In this document: piece after piece, positions 15,576 to 25,169 of the stretch | Numbering within the stretch: the first letter of the stretch is position 1 | Layout: each line of letters starts with the position of its first letter | Assembly (NCBI GenBank): GCA_934476315.1 | Contig: CAKSNQ010000005.1 | Location: forward strand, 9,581 to 73,580 | Origin: an uncultured Eubacteriales bacterium | Lineage (GTDB): Bacteria; Bacillota; Clostridia; Oscillospirales; CAG-272 | DNA length: 64,000 bases | Direction: 5' to 3' | Notes under the pieces: generated by a model | What the model saw: only the letters and a program-made list of their open reading frames with translations | What the model was told of the DNA's origin: nothing | The model's database searches: none | Made by a program: the position numbers and the translations under genes

Positions 15576-17744
15576 TTACTTTGCGTCCTTGACAAAGTAG
15601 AACATTTTCGCGAATTCGTCGGCGGAGTCGGACGAAACAGCAACGCCGCCGAGCAGTTGCTTGCCGGAGTACTTCTCGCCGCTCTTCCGATCGGTGTAGG
15701 TCGCCTCCGGCTCAGCCTGTGCCAGGACAAGGCGGTATTCCCGGGGCGTCTGTGCCTTGGGTTGCAGGAACGACAGCAGAAACTCTGTCCGGGCATCGTT
15801 CACGTAATAGAACGCGGAAATGCCACATTCAAACGGATTGAGAAGGCGGTACAAGTCTCCCTCCTCAACCAGATGCGCGTAGGTTCGATATTCCGCGATC
15901 TGATTGCGGATGGTCTCACGGGCAGTTTCGCTGACCGATGAGAAGTCAAACTCATACCCAAAGACACCCTGCGCCGCGACCGCGTAACGGAAGAAGAGCG
16001 ACCGCGGAACTTCGACGGCGTTTGAATGGTTGGAGACGTGGCAGCTCATGCAGGCGGCAGGGTAGCCGAGCGAGGTGCCGTACTGAATGAAGGTGCGGCG
16101 TTCCGGCGAGGTGTTGTCGCTGGTCCAGATCTGTGAGCTGTATTTGAGCATTCCGAAGTCAAAACGTCCGCCGCCACCGCTGCAATTTTCGATCATGACG
16201 TTCGGGTAAGTATCAACGAACCATTGGAACAGCTCGTACAGCCCGAGCATGTAGCGATGCGGGACCTCCATCTGCGCTTCCGGTGGCAGAGCGGGCGAGC
16301 CGACCTCGGTGAGATTCCGGTTGAAATCCCACTTGATATAATCGAGGGAAACGCCCTCAAATGCCTTTGAAAAGACATCTTTGAGATATTTTATCACCTC
16401 ATGGTTGGAAAAATCAAGTACAAGTTGATTTCTGCCAAGGGAACATGCACGTCCTTTGCACTGAAGCACCCAGTCGGGGTGCGAGCGGAACAGATCGCTG
16501 TCCGGATTGACCATTTCCGGTTCGATCCAGATACCGAAACGAAGCGGATATTCCTTGATACGACGGACGCAGGCGGCGAGTCCGTCCGGAAACCGCTCCG
16601 GGTTCGGGAACCAATCTCCGAGCGCGGCACGGTCATTGTAACGCTTGCCAAACCAGCCGTCGTCCATTACCAGCATGTCGGCGCCGCACGCAGCGGCATT
16701 TTTCGCGTAATCCAAGATTAGCTTTTCGTTGATGTCAAAGAACGTTCCTTCCCATGAGTTGAGAACAATCGGATGGTGCTCCCACGGGCAGGGGCGCAGA
16801 ATGTAACGGCGGGCGAAGCGGTGATAATTGCGGGAAATTTGCCCGATTCCTTCCGTGGTATAAGACATCAGAGCCTCGGGGGAGAAAAACGCTTCGCCGG
16901 GCGCGAGGCGCCAGCGGAAGCGATCCGGGTTCAGACCGACCTGGATGCGTGTGATTCCGTGCTGATCCACTTCGATGGTATTGCAAAAGTCTCCGCTGTA
17001 TACAAAGTGGAAGCCGTAGGTTTCGCCGGATTCCTCCGTCGCGTCCTCAGCAGTCAGCGCGAAAAAGGAATTCAGGGCATGTCCGGTCGCGCCGCGTCGG
17101 GAGTCCAGCACCAGCTTGGCGTGCGGTAGGGGAACGCTCTCAAGATTCCGCTCGTTGACGTGCGAGCCGTGCAGAAGCAGGCATTTGAAGTGACTGTCGG
17201 GGATGTCCAGTGACAAGCTCATGCCTTTTTCGAGAACGACCGGGGCGTTGCTCTTGTTTTCCAAAATATAATAGCGGGAAATCACATCCGTATCCGGGTA
17301 AACGGTGTAGAAAAGGTGAACCAGACAATCGGTCACGGTGTCTCGGAGCTGAATTTCCAGCGTCTCGGTGGACACACCGACGGAGGCGAAGGGAAGCCCC
17401 TTGATTTCCCGACGCCCCTTGAAAATGCGGTGGGACTCGTAGGTAAACTGCGTCGCGCAGTCGCCGTTGGCATTGCGGATGCGAATGGCGTCTTCACGGT
17501 AGTCGCCGGTATCAAAGCCGGGGAACTCCTGCATATTTCTGTTCAGTGAAAAGCCGACGCCCAGGTCTGCGGGAAACGGAGAAAATGAGAGACCGGGGAA
17601 GCGGTACGGCAGCTCCGGAATGTTCTCGGAGTCTCCGTAATAGCGGTGCATCAGGTAGCGGTTGCTCACGATCTCCATGATATAGCGGGTTTTGGATGTG
17701 CTGAGAACAAATTGCTGTACATCGGGTAAAAATTGAATCGACAT
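15576..17744 (-). CDS. Alpha-galactosidase, glycoside hydrolase family 36
   Basis: 722 aa. It carries GH36 hallmark segments DYIKWDFNR, CSGGGGRFD, MDDGWF and FGIWIEPEMV. Confidence 0.9.
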   Translation of the reverse strand: MSIQFLPDVQQFVLSTSKTRYIMEIVSNRYLMHRYYGDSENIPELPYRFPGLSFSPFPADLGVGFSLNRNMQEFPGFDTGDYREDAIRIRNANGDCATQFTYESHRIFKGRREIKGLPFASVGVSTETLEIQLRDTVTDCLVHLFYTVYPDTDVISRYYILENKSNAPVVLEKGMSLSLDIPDSHFKCLLLHGSHVNERNLESVPLPHAKLVLDSRRGATGHALNSFFALTAEDATEESGETYGFHFVYSGDFCNTIEVDQHGITRIQVGLNPDRFRWRLAPGEAFFSPEALMSYTTEGIGQISRNYHRFARRYILRPCPWEHHPIVLNSWEGTFFDINEKLILDYAKNAAACGADMLVMDDGWFGKRYNDRAALGDWFPNPERFPDGLAACVRRIKEYPLRFGIWIEPEMVNPDSDLFRSHPDWVLQCKGRACSLGRNQLVLDFSNHEVIKYLKDVFSKAFEGVSLDYIKWDFNRNLTEVGSPALPPEAQMEVPHRYMLGLYELFQWFVDTYPNVMIENCSGGGGRFDFGMLKYSSQIWTSDNTSPERRTFIQYGTSLGYPAACMSCHVSNHSNAVEVPRSLFFRYAVAAQGVFGYEFDFSSVSETARETIRNQIAEYRTYAHLVEEGDLYRLLNPFECGISAFYYVNDARTEFLLSFLQPKAQTPREYRLVLAQAEPEATYTDRKSGEKYSGKQLLGGVAVSSDSADEFAKMFYFVKDAK

Positions 17745-17917
17745 GGCAAAGCCCTCCCATATATTTCAGAGAAATTATATCAAGAGCGCCAGTAAAAGTC
17801 AAGAAAAAATTGAACATTTTTACGAAGAAGTACTTTTCTTTTTGCGCGGATGGTGATATAATGAGCGCGGAGAAAAATCAAAAATGACAAACGAGAAATC
17901 AGATGGAGGAAATTTGT

Positions 17918-18589
17918 ATGGCACTCATTTTTGACAAGGGCGACCGAATCCTGTTTTTGGGAGATTCCGTGACGGATATGGGGAGCAACAACCCCGTCGG
18001 CGAGGGGTTGAATAATTCCCTTGGCTTCGGATACGTGCGCATGGTGGAGAACCTTCTGTGTTCCGTTTACCCGGAATTGACGCTTCGCGTCACGAACGCA
18101 GGCGTGAGCGGAAATACGAGCCGCGATTTGCTGGCACGTTGGGAACGCGACGCGATTGCCCTCAAGCCGCAATGGGTCAGCATCTGCATCGGCATCAACG
18201 ATGTCTGGAGACGCTTTGACGTCCCGAGCCTGACCGAGCTGGCAGTACCGCCCGAGGAGTATGAAAAGAACGTCGAGCAGATGATCGTCTCGATCAAGGA
18301 TCAGGTCAAGGGCATTTATTTGCTGTCGCCGTATTACATGGAACCGAATCCGCAGGATGAGATGCGTGCTTACATGGACCAATACGGAGCCATCTGCCGC
18401 CGTCTCGCGGAAAAGTATCAGCTCACCTTCATTGACCTGCAGGAGATGTTCGACCGTTATTTCCGCTTCAAGCACTCCGCTTATATTGCGTGGGACCGCG
18501 TTCATCCGAATCAGATTGGCGCCACGTTGATTGCAAGAGAATTCCTACACCATTGCGGATTTGACTACGAGCACAAAGCCGAAATTTGA
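17918..18589 (+). CDS. SGNH/GDSL-family hydrolase (lipase/esterase)
   Basis: Start is at MALIFDKG with SD GGAGGA 7 nt upstream. Blocks are FLGDSVTD, GVSGNTS, GINDV and DRVHPN. Confidence 0.85.
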   Translation: MALIFDKGDRILFLGDSVTDMGSNNPVGEGLNNSLGFGYVRMVENLLCSVYPELTLRVTNAGVSGNTSRDLLARWERDAIALKPQWVSICIGINDVWRRFDVPSLTELAVPPEEYEKNVEQMIVSIKDQVKGIYLLSPYYMEPNPQDEMRAYMDQYGAICRRLAEKYQLTFIDLQEMFDRYFRFKHSAYIAWDRVHPNQIGATLIAREFLHHCGFDYEHKAEI

Positions 18590-18683
18590 GCCTGCTCAAA
18601 CTTATAAAAGGAGTTTTTTAATCTCTTACGCCGTGCATACGACAATGTTTTGCAAGTTTTGATGTTAAATTATTCATTTTTGA

Positions 18684-18712
18684 TTGACAATCTCTCTTAT
18701 TTGTGCTATACT
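18684..18712 (+). promoter_or_regulatory. Sigma-A promoter TTGACA-N17-TATACT for the citrate synthase-aconitase-IDH operon
   Basis: TTGACA lies at 18684-18689, followed by a 17-nt spacer and TATACT at 18707-18712. Confidence 0.65.
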
Positions 18713-18756
18713 GTCAACTATAGAAGCGCATTTTCTGAGAGAAAGAGGTTGTCATC

Positions 18757-20148
18757 ATGATAGAAATATCAAAAAAGTCAAATCTGTTGGAGCAAAAGTC
18801 GTACCGCTACCAGTTGCAGGACGTCGCCGAGCCGAATCTGTACCGGGACATTTATCCCTACGACGAGGTTCCCAAGGTGGCGTTCAACCACCGCCGCGTT
18901 CCGATGAATATGCCCTCGGAGATATGGATCACCGACACCACGATGCGCGACGGGCAACAGTCGCAGGAGCCGTACACGGTAAAACAGATTGTTGATCTTT
19001 ACCGTCTGATGTCGCGGCTTGGCGGTCCCAAGGGAATCATCCGCCAGACCGAATTTTTTATTTACAGTCAAAAGGATAGAGAAGCTCTGGAGGCGTGCCG
19101 CGATCTCGGCTTGCGCTTCCCGGAGATCACGACGTGGATTCGCGCGAAGCGCGAGGATTTCAAACTGGTCAAGGATCTTAAGCTCAAGGAGACGGGCATT
19201 CTTGTCAGCGCGTCGGACTACCACATTTTCAAAAAAATGAATATGACGCGGCGCGAGGCGATGAATTATTATCTCAAAACCGTCGGCGACGCGTTTGAGG
19301 CAGGAATCATCCCCCGGTGCCACCTGGAGGATATCACGCGGGCGGATTTCTACGGCTTTGTCGTCCCGTTTGTCAATGAACTGATGCGGATGAGCGCCGA
19401 CGCCAAGATTCCCGTCAAAATCCGTGCGTGCGATACGATGGGTTACGGCATCCCGTTCACCGAAGTTGCGCTGCCGCGTAGCGTTCCCGGTATTATTTAC
19501 GGCTTACAGCATTATTCGGACGTCCCCAGTGAACAGCTGGAATGGCACGGTCATAACGATTTCTGCAAGGCGGTGACAAACGCGTCTACCGCATGGCTGT
19601 TCGGCGCCTGCGCGGTCAACTGTTCCTTACTCGGCATCGGTGAGCGGACGGGCAACATCCCGCTGGAGGCGATGGTGTTCGAGTACGCGTCGTTGCGCGG
19701 CTCGTTTGACGGCATGGACCCGACGGCGATTACCGATATTGCCCGGTATTTTCACGATGAGATCGGGTATAACATCCCGAACATGACGCCGTTCGTCGGA
19801 CGCGATTTCAACGTGACGCGCGCGGGAATCCACGCCGACGGACTGATGAAGGACGAAGAAATTTACAATATTTTCGATACCAAGAAGATTCTCAACCGCG
19901 GCGCCGGCGTTATGGTTTCCAAAACCTCGGGACTGGCGGGAATCGCTTACTGGATCAACCAGAACTACGGGCTGGAGGGGGAAGACAAGATTGATAAGCG
20001 TGACCCCCTGGTCGAAGAGTTGAAGGCGTGGGTCGATGCGGAATACGACAACGGGCGGCTGACCTCGCTTTCGGCAAACGAGCTGGAGCATAAGATCGGC
20101 GAGCTTGCCGGGGATCGCTTTTCCGGGCAACACCACAAGAGCATTTAA
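18757..20148 (+). CDS. Homocitrate/2-isopropylmalate-synthase-family enzyme, probably Re-face citrate synthase
   Basis: 463 aa with an HMGL-like N-terminal motif (ITDTTMRDGQQS). It lies directly upstream of aconitase and isocitrate dehydrogenase, as in clostridial Re-citrate synthase loci. The specificity call is an inference. Confidence 0.6.
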   Translation: MIEISKKSNLLEQKSYRYQLQDVAEPNLYRDIYPYDEVPKVAFNHRRVPMNMPSEIWITDTTMRDGQQSQEPYTVKQIVDLYRLMSRLGGPKGIIRQTEFFIYSQKDREALEACRDLGLRFPEITTWIRAKREDFKLVKDLKLKETGILVSASDYHIFKKMNMTRREAMNYYLKTVGDAFEAGIIPRCHLEDITRADFYGFVVPFVNELMRMSADAKIPVKIRACDTMGYGIPFTEVALPRSVPGIIYGLQHYSDVPSEQLEWHGHNDFCKAVTNASTAWLFGACAVNCSLLGIGERTGNIPLEAMVFEYASLRGSFDGMDPTAITDIARYFHDEIGYNIPNMTPFVGRDFNVTRAGIHADGLMKDEEIYNIFDTKKILNRGAGVMVSKTSGLAGIAYWINQNYGLEGEDKIDKRDPLVEELKAWVDAEYDNGRLTSLSANELEHKIGELAGDRFSGQHHKSI

Positions 20149-20195
20149 TCCGCCCGGGCGAGAAAACACATGTGGAAAGGAACGGAATCAAGACA

Positions 20196-22133
20196 ATGGG
20201 CTTGACCATCGCACAAAAAATTATTAAGGCGCACCTTCTTTCCGGGGAAATGATACCCGGACATGAGATTGCGCTTCGTATGGATCAGACGCTGACGCAG
20301 GACGCGACGGGAACCATGGCGTATCTGGAATTTGAGGCAATCGGAATCCCGCGGGTGCGCACGGAACTGAGCGTCGCCTACGTGGACCACAACACTCTCC
20401 AATCCGGCTTTGAAAACGCCGATGACCATCGGTATATTCAGTCTGTCGCAAAAAAATACGGAATCCGCTTTTCGCGTCCCGGTAACGGTATTTGCCACCA
20501 GGTACATCTGGAACGCTTCGGAATTCCGGGGAAAACGCTGATCGGCTCGGACAGCCACACCCCCACGGGCGGCGGTATCGGAATGCTCGCGTTTGGCGCG
20601 GGCGGAATGGACGTTGCCGTTGCCATGGGCGGCGGTGCTTACTACATCACGATGCCGAAAATGCTGAAGGTCAATCTCCGCGGCAAGCTGTCGCCGTGGG
20701 TCAGTGCCAAGGACGTCAGCCTGGAAATTTTGCGGATTCTGTCCGTCAAGGGCGGCGTCGGCTACATCATTGAATGGGGCGGCGAGGGCATTGCAACGTT
20801 GACCGTTCCGGAACGCGCGACCATCACCAACATGGGGACGGAATTGGGCGCAACCACGTCTATTTTCCCGTCGGACGACGTTACCCGCGCCTTTTTGAAG
20901 GCACAGGGGCGCGAGCAGGATTACGTGCCGCTGTCGAGCGACGCAGACGCGGTTTATGACCGCCAGATCGACATTGATCTGTCCACGCTGAAACCCCTGC
21001 TGGCTTGCCCGCACAGTCCCGACAATGTCAAGAGCGCGGAGGAACTGAGCGACGTCAAGGTCGATCAGGTGTGTATCGGCTCCTGTACCAACTCGTCGCT
21101 GCGTGATATGCTGCGCGTTGCCGCCATTCTCAAAGGCAAAAAGATCGCCGATTCTGTGAGCCTTTCCGTCTCGCCCGGCTCCCGCCAGGTTTTGAGCATG
21201 CTGGCGGATTGCGGCGCACTGTCCGATATTCTTTCGTCCGGCGCCCGGGTTCTGGAATGTGCTTGCGGTCCTTGCATCGGCATGGGCTTCTCGCCGAATT
21301 CCGGCGGCGTCTCCCTGCGTACCTTCAATCGGAATTTCGAGGGAAGAAGCGGGACGCGGGACGGACAGGTCTACCTGGTTTCTCCCGAGGTCGCGGCGGC
21401 GTCCGCTCTGACGGGGCACATCACCGACCCGCGGACACTGGGGGCGTACCCGGAGATTTCCATGCCCGACGCCTTCAAAATCAATGACTCGGCAGTGCTG
21501 ATGCCCGCGGACGCGGATGAGGCGGCAAACGTCGAGGTTCTGCGCGGTCCCAATATCAAACCTTTCCCGAGCCCCATTCCGTTGGCGGACACGATCAAGG
21601 CTCCGCTGACGCTGAAGGTCGGCGACAACATCACGACCGACCACATCATGCCGGCGGGCGCGAAAATTCTGCCGTACCGCTCCAATATTCCGTACCTGTC
21701 GAAGTTCTGTTTTGCCGTCTGTGACGAAACCTTTGCGGAACGCGCGATGGCGGCAGGGCAGTCGATTATTGTCGGCGGGGTCAACTATGGACAGGGTTCC
21801 TCGCGCGAGCACGCGGCGCTGGTGCCTCTTTACCTGGGTGTGCGTGCTGTGGTGGTTAAAAGCTTCGCGCGGATTCACGTGGCAAACCTTATCAACGCGG
21901 GAATCCTGCCGCTGACCTTTGCCGATCCGGAGGACTATGAGCTTTTGGCGCAGGGCGATGAGTTGGTGTTGGAAAATATTATGGAATCGCTGGATAGCGG
22001 TGAATTCACTTTGACCGATACAACCAATAGTAGAAAAATAAAACTGCGTGGAGACTTTACGGAGCGACAGAAGGCGATGTTGCGTGCCGGCGGGCTTTTG
22101 ACGTATACCCGTGACGCGGAAAACAGGAAATGA
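20196..22133 (+). CDS. Aconitate hydratase (aconitase family, about 640-aa clostridial type)
   Basis: N-terminus is MGLTIAQKIIKAHL...DQTLTQDATG. Fe-S cluster Cys motifs are IGSCTNSS and CGPCIGMG. The swivel domain carries GSSREHAA. The start may instead be at 20172. Confidence 0.9.
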   Translation: MGLTIAQKIIKAHLLSGEMIPGHEIALRMDQTLTQDATGTMAYLEFEAIGIPRVRTELSVAYVDHNTLQSGFENADDHRYIQSVAKKYGIRFSRPGNGICHQVHLERFGIPGKTLIGSDSHTPTGGGIGMLAFGAGGMDVAVAMGGGAYYITMPKMLKVNLRGKLSPWVSAKDVSLEILRILSVKGGVGYIIEWGGEGIATLTVPERATITNMGTELGATTSIFPSDDVTRAFLKAQGREQDYVPLSSDADAVYDRQIDIDLSTLKPLLACPHSPDNVKSAEELSDVKVDQVCIGSCTNSSLRDMLRVAAILKGKKIADSVSLSVSPGSRQVLSMLADCGALSDILSSGARVLECACGPCIGMGFSPNSGGVSLRTFNRNFEGRSGTRDGQVYLVSPEVAAASALTGHITDPRTLGAYPEISMPDAFKINDSAVLMPADADEAANVEVLRGPNIKPFPSPIPLADTIKAPLTLKVGDNITTDHIMPAGAKILPYRSNIPYLSKFCFAVCDETFAERAMAAGQSIIVGGVNYGQGSSREHAALVPLYLGVRAVVVKSFARIHVANLINAGILPLTFADPEDYELLAQGDELVLENIMESLDSGEFTLTDTTNSRKIKLRGDFTERQKAMLRAGGLLTYTRDAENRK

Positions 22134-22157
22134 TGTGGGGAGGTTGAAAAAATCAAC

Positions 22158-23378
22158 ATGGCAAAAATCCAGATGAAAACGCCGCTTGTTGAAATGGACG
22201 GCGACGAAATGACGCGGATTCTATGGAAGATGATCAAGGATGAGTTGATTCTTCCGTACGTGGATTTAAAGACGGAATACTACGATTTAGGATTGCGGGA
22301 GCGCGAGCGGACAAAGGACGCCGTCACGGTGGCGTCTGCCGAAGCCGCGAAAAAACACGGTGTCGCCGTGAAGTGCGCGACGATTACTCCGAACTGTCAG
22401 CGAGTTGAGGAATATCATCTTTCCGAAATGTGGAAAAGCCCGAACGGGACGATCCGTGCCATTCTGGACGGAACCGTGTTCCGCGCACCGATTCTGATCG
22501 ATTCGGTCAGACCGGTCGTGCGCAACTGGAAGAAGCCGATTACCATCGCGCGTCACGCGTACGGCGACGTGTATAAGGCGACCGAAATGAGAATCGAGGG
22601 AGAGGGGAAGGCGGAGCTCCTGTTCACGGATAAAGACGGCAAGGAAACCCGCCGTACCATCTACGATTTTGAATGTCCGGGCGTTCTCCAAGGACAATAC
22701 AACAAGGATTCCTCCATCCGTTCCTTTGCCCACTCTTGCTTCCGTTACGCGATCGCGACGAAGCAGGACCTGTGGTTCTCGACCAAGGACACGATTTCCA
22801 AGCAGTACGATCAGACGTTCAAATTGATTTTTGAGGAAATTTATGAAGAATCCTACCGCGCGGAGTTTGAAAAGCTGGGAATCACCTATTTCTACACCCT
22901 GATTGATGACGCGGTGGCGCGTGTTATCCGCAGTGAGGGCGGATTCATTTGGGCGTGCAAGAATTATGACGGCGACGTGATGAGCGATATGGTGTCCACG
23001 GCGTTCGGCTCGCTTGCCATGATGACATCGGTGTTGGTTTCTCCCGATGGGAAGTACGAGTATGAGGCGGCACACGGAACGGTGACGCGGCACTATTACC
23101 GCTACCTGAAGGGCGAAGAGACATCGACCAACCCGATGGCGACCATCTACGCGTGGACCGGGGCTTTGCGCAAGCGTGGCGAGCTGGATGATCTGCCGGA
23201 ACTGGTCGACTTCGCGGATCGCCTGGAGCATGCATGCATCCAGACTCTGAATGACGGCATCATGACAAAGGATCTGGCGCACCTGGTGGAGGACGGAACA
23301 AAAGTCACCGCGGTGAACAGCTCCGAGTTTATTCGCGCCATCCAGGAACACCTTGAACGGTCCCGTGTGTGCCGTTGA
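22158..23378 (+). CDS. icd: NADP-dependent isocitrate dehydrogenase (eukaryote-like subfamily II, about 400 aa)
   Basis: 406 aa. It carries [27 protein letters not shown] and NYDGDV.SD segments. Confidence 0.9.
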   Translation: MAKIQMKTPLVEMDGDEMTRILWKMIKDELILPYVDLKTEYYDLGLRERERTKDAVTVASAEAAKKHGVAVKCATITPNCQRVEEYHLSEMWKSPNGTIRAILDGTVFRAPILIDSVRPVVRNWKKPITIARHAYGDVYKATEMRIEGEGKAELLFTDKDGKETRRTIYDFECPGVLQGQYNKDSSIRSFAHSCFRYAIATKQDLWFSTKDTISKQYDQTFKLIFEEIYEESYRAEFEKLGITYFYTLIDDAVARVIRSEGGFIWACKNYDGDVMSDMVSTAFGSLAMMTSVLVSPDGKYEYEAAHGTVTRHYYRYLKGEETSTNPMATIYAWTGALRKRGELDDLPELVDFADRLEHACIQTLNDGIMTKDLAHLVEDGTKVTAVNSSEFIRAIQEHLERSRVCR

Positions 23379-23388
23379 CTCTATGACC

Positions 23389-23432
23389 GAAGCGAGGTTT
23401 TTACCCTTTGGCGGGTGAAGACCTCGCTTTTT
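23389..23432 (+). terminator. Rho-independent terminator after icd
   Basis: 9-bp stem AAGCGAGGT/ACCTCGCTT followed by a T6 run. Confidence 0.7.
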
Positions 23433-23670
23433 TATGAATTTTTCAAAACCGCTTGATATTTAAGGAATTTTATAGTATGATGTAGTGACGCGGGCGGGTA
23501 TTGCTTTGTTTTTCTTCAACGCAATTTGCGGCGGAGACAACCGACGCCACTCGTCCCACCACACACCGGGAAATAAGAGACAAAGACAAAATCACAGGTG
23601 GGCGCCCCTCAAGGCAGAGGACAGAAATAAAAAATGAGAACAAATAAAAGAGTGAAAGGGAGAAACAAAA

Positions 23671-25032
23671 ATGAAACAGTGGCAGGAGGAAACGCTGGTA
23701 CAGGGGCTTTTTGATTGGATCGAAGCGTGCCCAACCGCGTATCATACGGTGGATCAGATTCGAAAAGCGCTGGACCGAGCGGGCTTTGTTGGGCTTTGCG
23801 AGTCAGAACCGTGGACGCTCCGCGCGGGAAAGCGATATTATGTCACACGCAACGATTCTTCCGTTCTGGCGTTCCGACTTCCCCCACACCCGGAAGAAGC
23901 CACGGGGTATCAGGTAGTTGCCGCTCACGGCGATTCGCCCTCGTTCAAACTCAAGGCGGATTGCGAGGAGGTAGTACTGGATCACTACACAAAGCTCAAT
24001 GTTGAAAAGTATGGTGGAATGATCTGTTCCACTTGGCTGGACCGCCCGTTGTCGGTTGCCGGGCGCGTGATGATACGAAACGAAGCCGGGGAGATCGAGA
24101 GCCGCCTTGTCCGCGTTGACCGCGATCTGGCTCTGATTCCGAATGTCGCTATCCACATGAACCGCAACATCAACGATGGCTTTTCGTTCAATCCCCAGGT
24201 GGATATGCTTCCGCTGGTTGGTGAAAAATCAACCAATTCGCTGAAAAATCAATTTGCAAGCGAAATCGGGGTGAAAGAAGAACAAATTCTCGCACATGAT
24301 TTGTTTTTGTATGTTCGCCAGAGGGGATGCCGCTGGGGGGTAAACGAGGAATATATTTCCGCTCCTCACCTGGATGACCTGATGTGCGTCTATACCGCCC
24401 TTCAGGCGTTTCTGTCCGTTTCCGTGAATTGCGACGTCTCTTGCATGCCAAACAGCATCCCAATGCTTGCGGTTTTCGACAATGAGGAAGTCGGCAGTGC
24501 AACAAGACAAGGTGCCTCCTCCTCTATGATTGAGGATACTGTTGCGCGCATTGAACACGCCATCGCGGGGAAAAATCCCGACGGACGATATTGCCGGATG
24601 GCGAACAGCATGATGCTCTCCGCCGACAATGCCCACGCCGTTCATCCCAATCACCCGGAATATGCCGACGCACAGAACCGCCCCTATATGAACGGGGGGA
24701 TTGTTGTGAAATGCCACGCGGGACAGGCGTATTCCACCGATGCGGTCAGCGCGGCATTGTTCAGCGAGATCTGCAAGCGCGCGGAGGTGCCGATGCAAAC
24801 CTTTGCGAATCGTTCCGACATGCGCGGAGGTTCGACGCTTGGAAATCTGGCGGCAACGCGAGTGCCGTTTTTGACGGTGGATATCGGTCTGGCACAGCTT
24901 GCGATGCACTCGGCTTATGAGACCGCAGGCGCAAAGGATCTTGGTTACATGGCGCGGGCGTGTGAGGTTTTTTATCGCAGTGCCGTGATTTCGGACGGCG
25001 CAGGGAAGTATCGGCTGGTTCAGGCGGATTAA
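23671..25032 (+). CDS. M18-family aminopeptidase (aspartyl aminopeptidase-like)
   Basis: 453 aa. It carries AAHGDSPSFKLK, HLDDLMC and FDNEEVGS motifs plus the C-terminal D.G.A.L.MHS. Confidence 0.85.
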   Translation: MKQWQEETLVQGLFDWIEACPTAYHTVDQIRKALDRAGFVGLCESEPWTLRAGKRYYVTRNDSSVLAFRLPPHPEEATGYQVVAAHGDSPSFKLKADCEEVVLDHYTKLNVEKYGGMICSTWLDRPLSVAGRVMIRNEAGEIESRLVRVDRDLALIPNVAIHMNRNINDGFSFNPQVDMLPLVGEKSTNSLKNQFASEIGVKEEQILAHDLFLYVRQRGCRWGVNEEYISAPHLDDLMCVYTALQAFLSVSVNCDVSCMPNSIPMLAVFDNEEVGSATRQGASSSMIEDTVARIEHAIAGKNPDGRYCRMANSMMLSADNAHAVHPNHPEYADAQNRPYMNGGIVVKCHAGQAYSTDAVSAALFSEICKRAEVPMQTFANRSDMRGGSTLGNLAATRVPFLTVDIGLAQLAMHSAYETAGAKDLGYMARACEVFYRSAVISDGAGKYRLVQAD

Positions 25033-25095
25033 TTAAGCCTCATTTGATACAGAAAGCCGACTGCCGGACAGGAAAAATCAGGCACCGCTCCCTCT

Positions 25096-25125
25096 GAATA
25101 AAAGATAAATTCTGATGACAATACT
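25096..25125 (+). promoter_or_regulatory. Candidate forespore (sigma-F/sigma-G type) promoter of sigG
   Basis: GAATA (25096-25100), an 18-nt spacer and CAATACT (25119-25125). This is an imperfect match to the GHATR-N18-CATNNTA consensus as I recall it. Confidence 0.35.
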
Positions 25126-25167
25126 CCTTTTTGACGGGAAATATAACTTTACGTCAAAAAGGAGTAT
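25121..25167 (+). promoter_or_regulatory. 16-bp perfect hairpin sequestering the sigG ribosome-binding site
   Basis: ATACTCCTTTTTGACG (25121-25136) pairs perfectly with CGTCAAAAAGGAGTAT (25152-25167). The 3' arm contains the SD AAAGGAG, 3 nt before the ATG at 25170. Confidence 0.8.
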
Positions 25168-25169
25168 CC

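Noticed and set aside
20145-21878. 577-aa ORF antisense to the aconitase gene
   Set aside because: The protein is extremely Arg/Gly/Ala/Asp-rich and has no SD or recognisable motif. It is fully embedded opposite a gene with unmistakable aconitase motifs. This is a typical shadow ORF of GC-rich coding DNA.
22287-23351. 354-aa ORF antisense to icd
   Set aside because: This is a shadow ORF. The composition is low-complexity and Arg-rich, it has no start context, and the opposite strand encodes a clear IDH.
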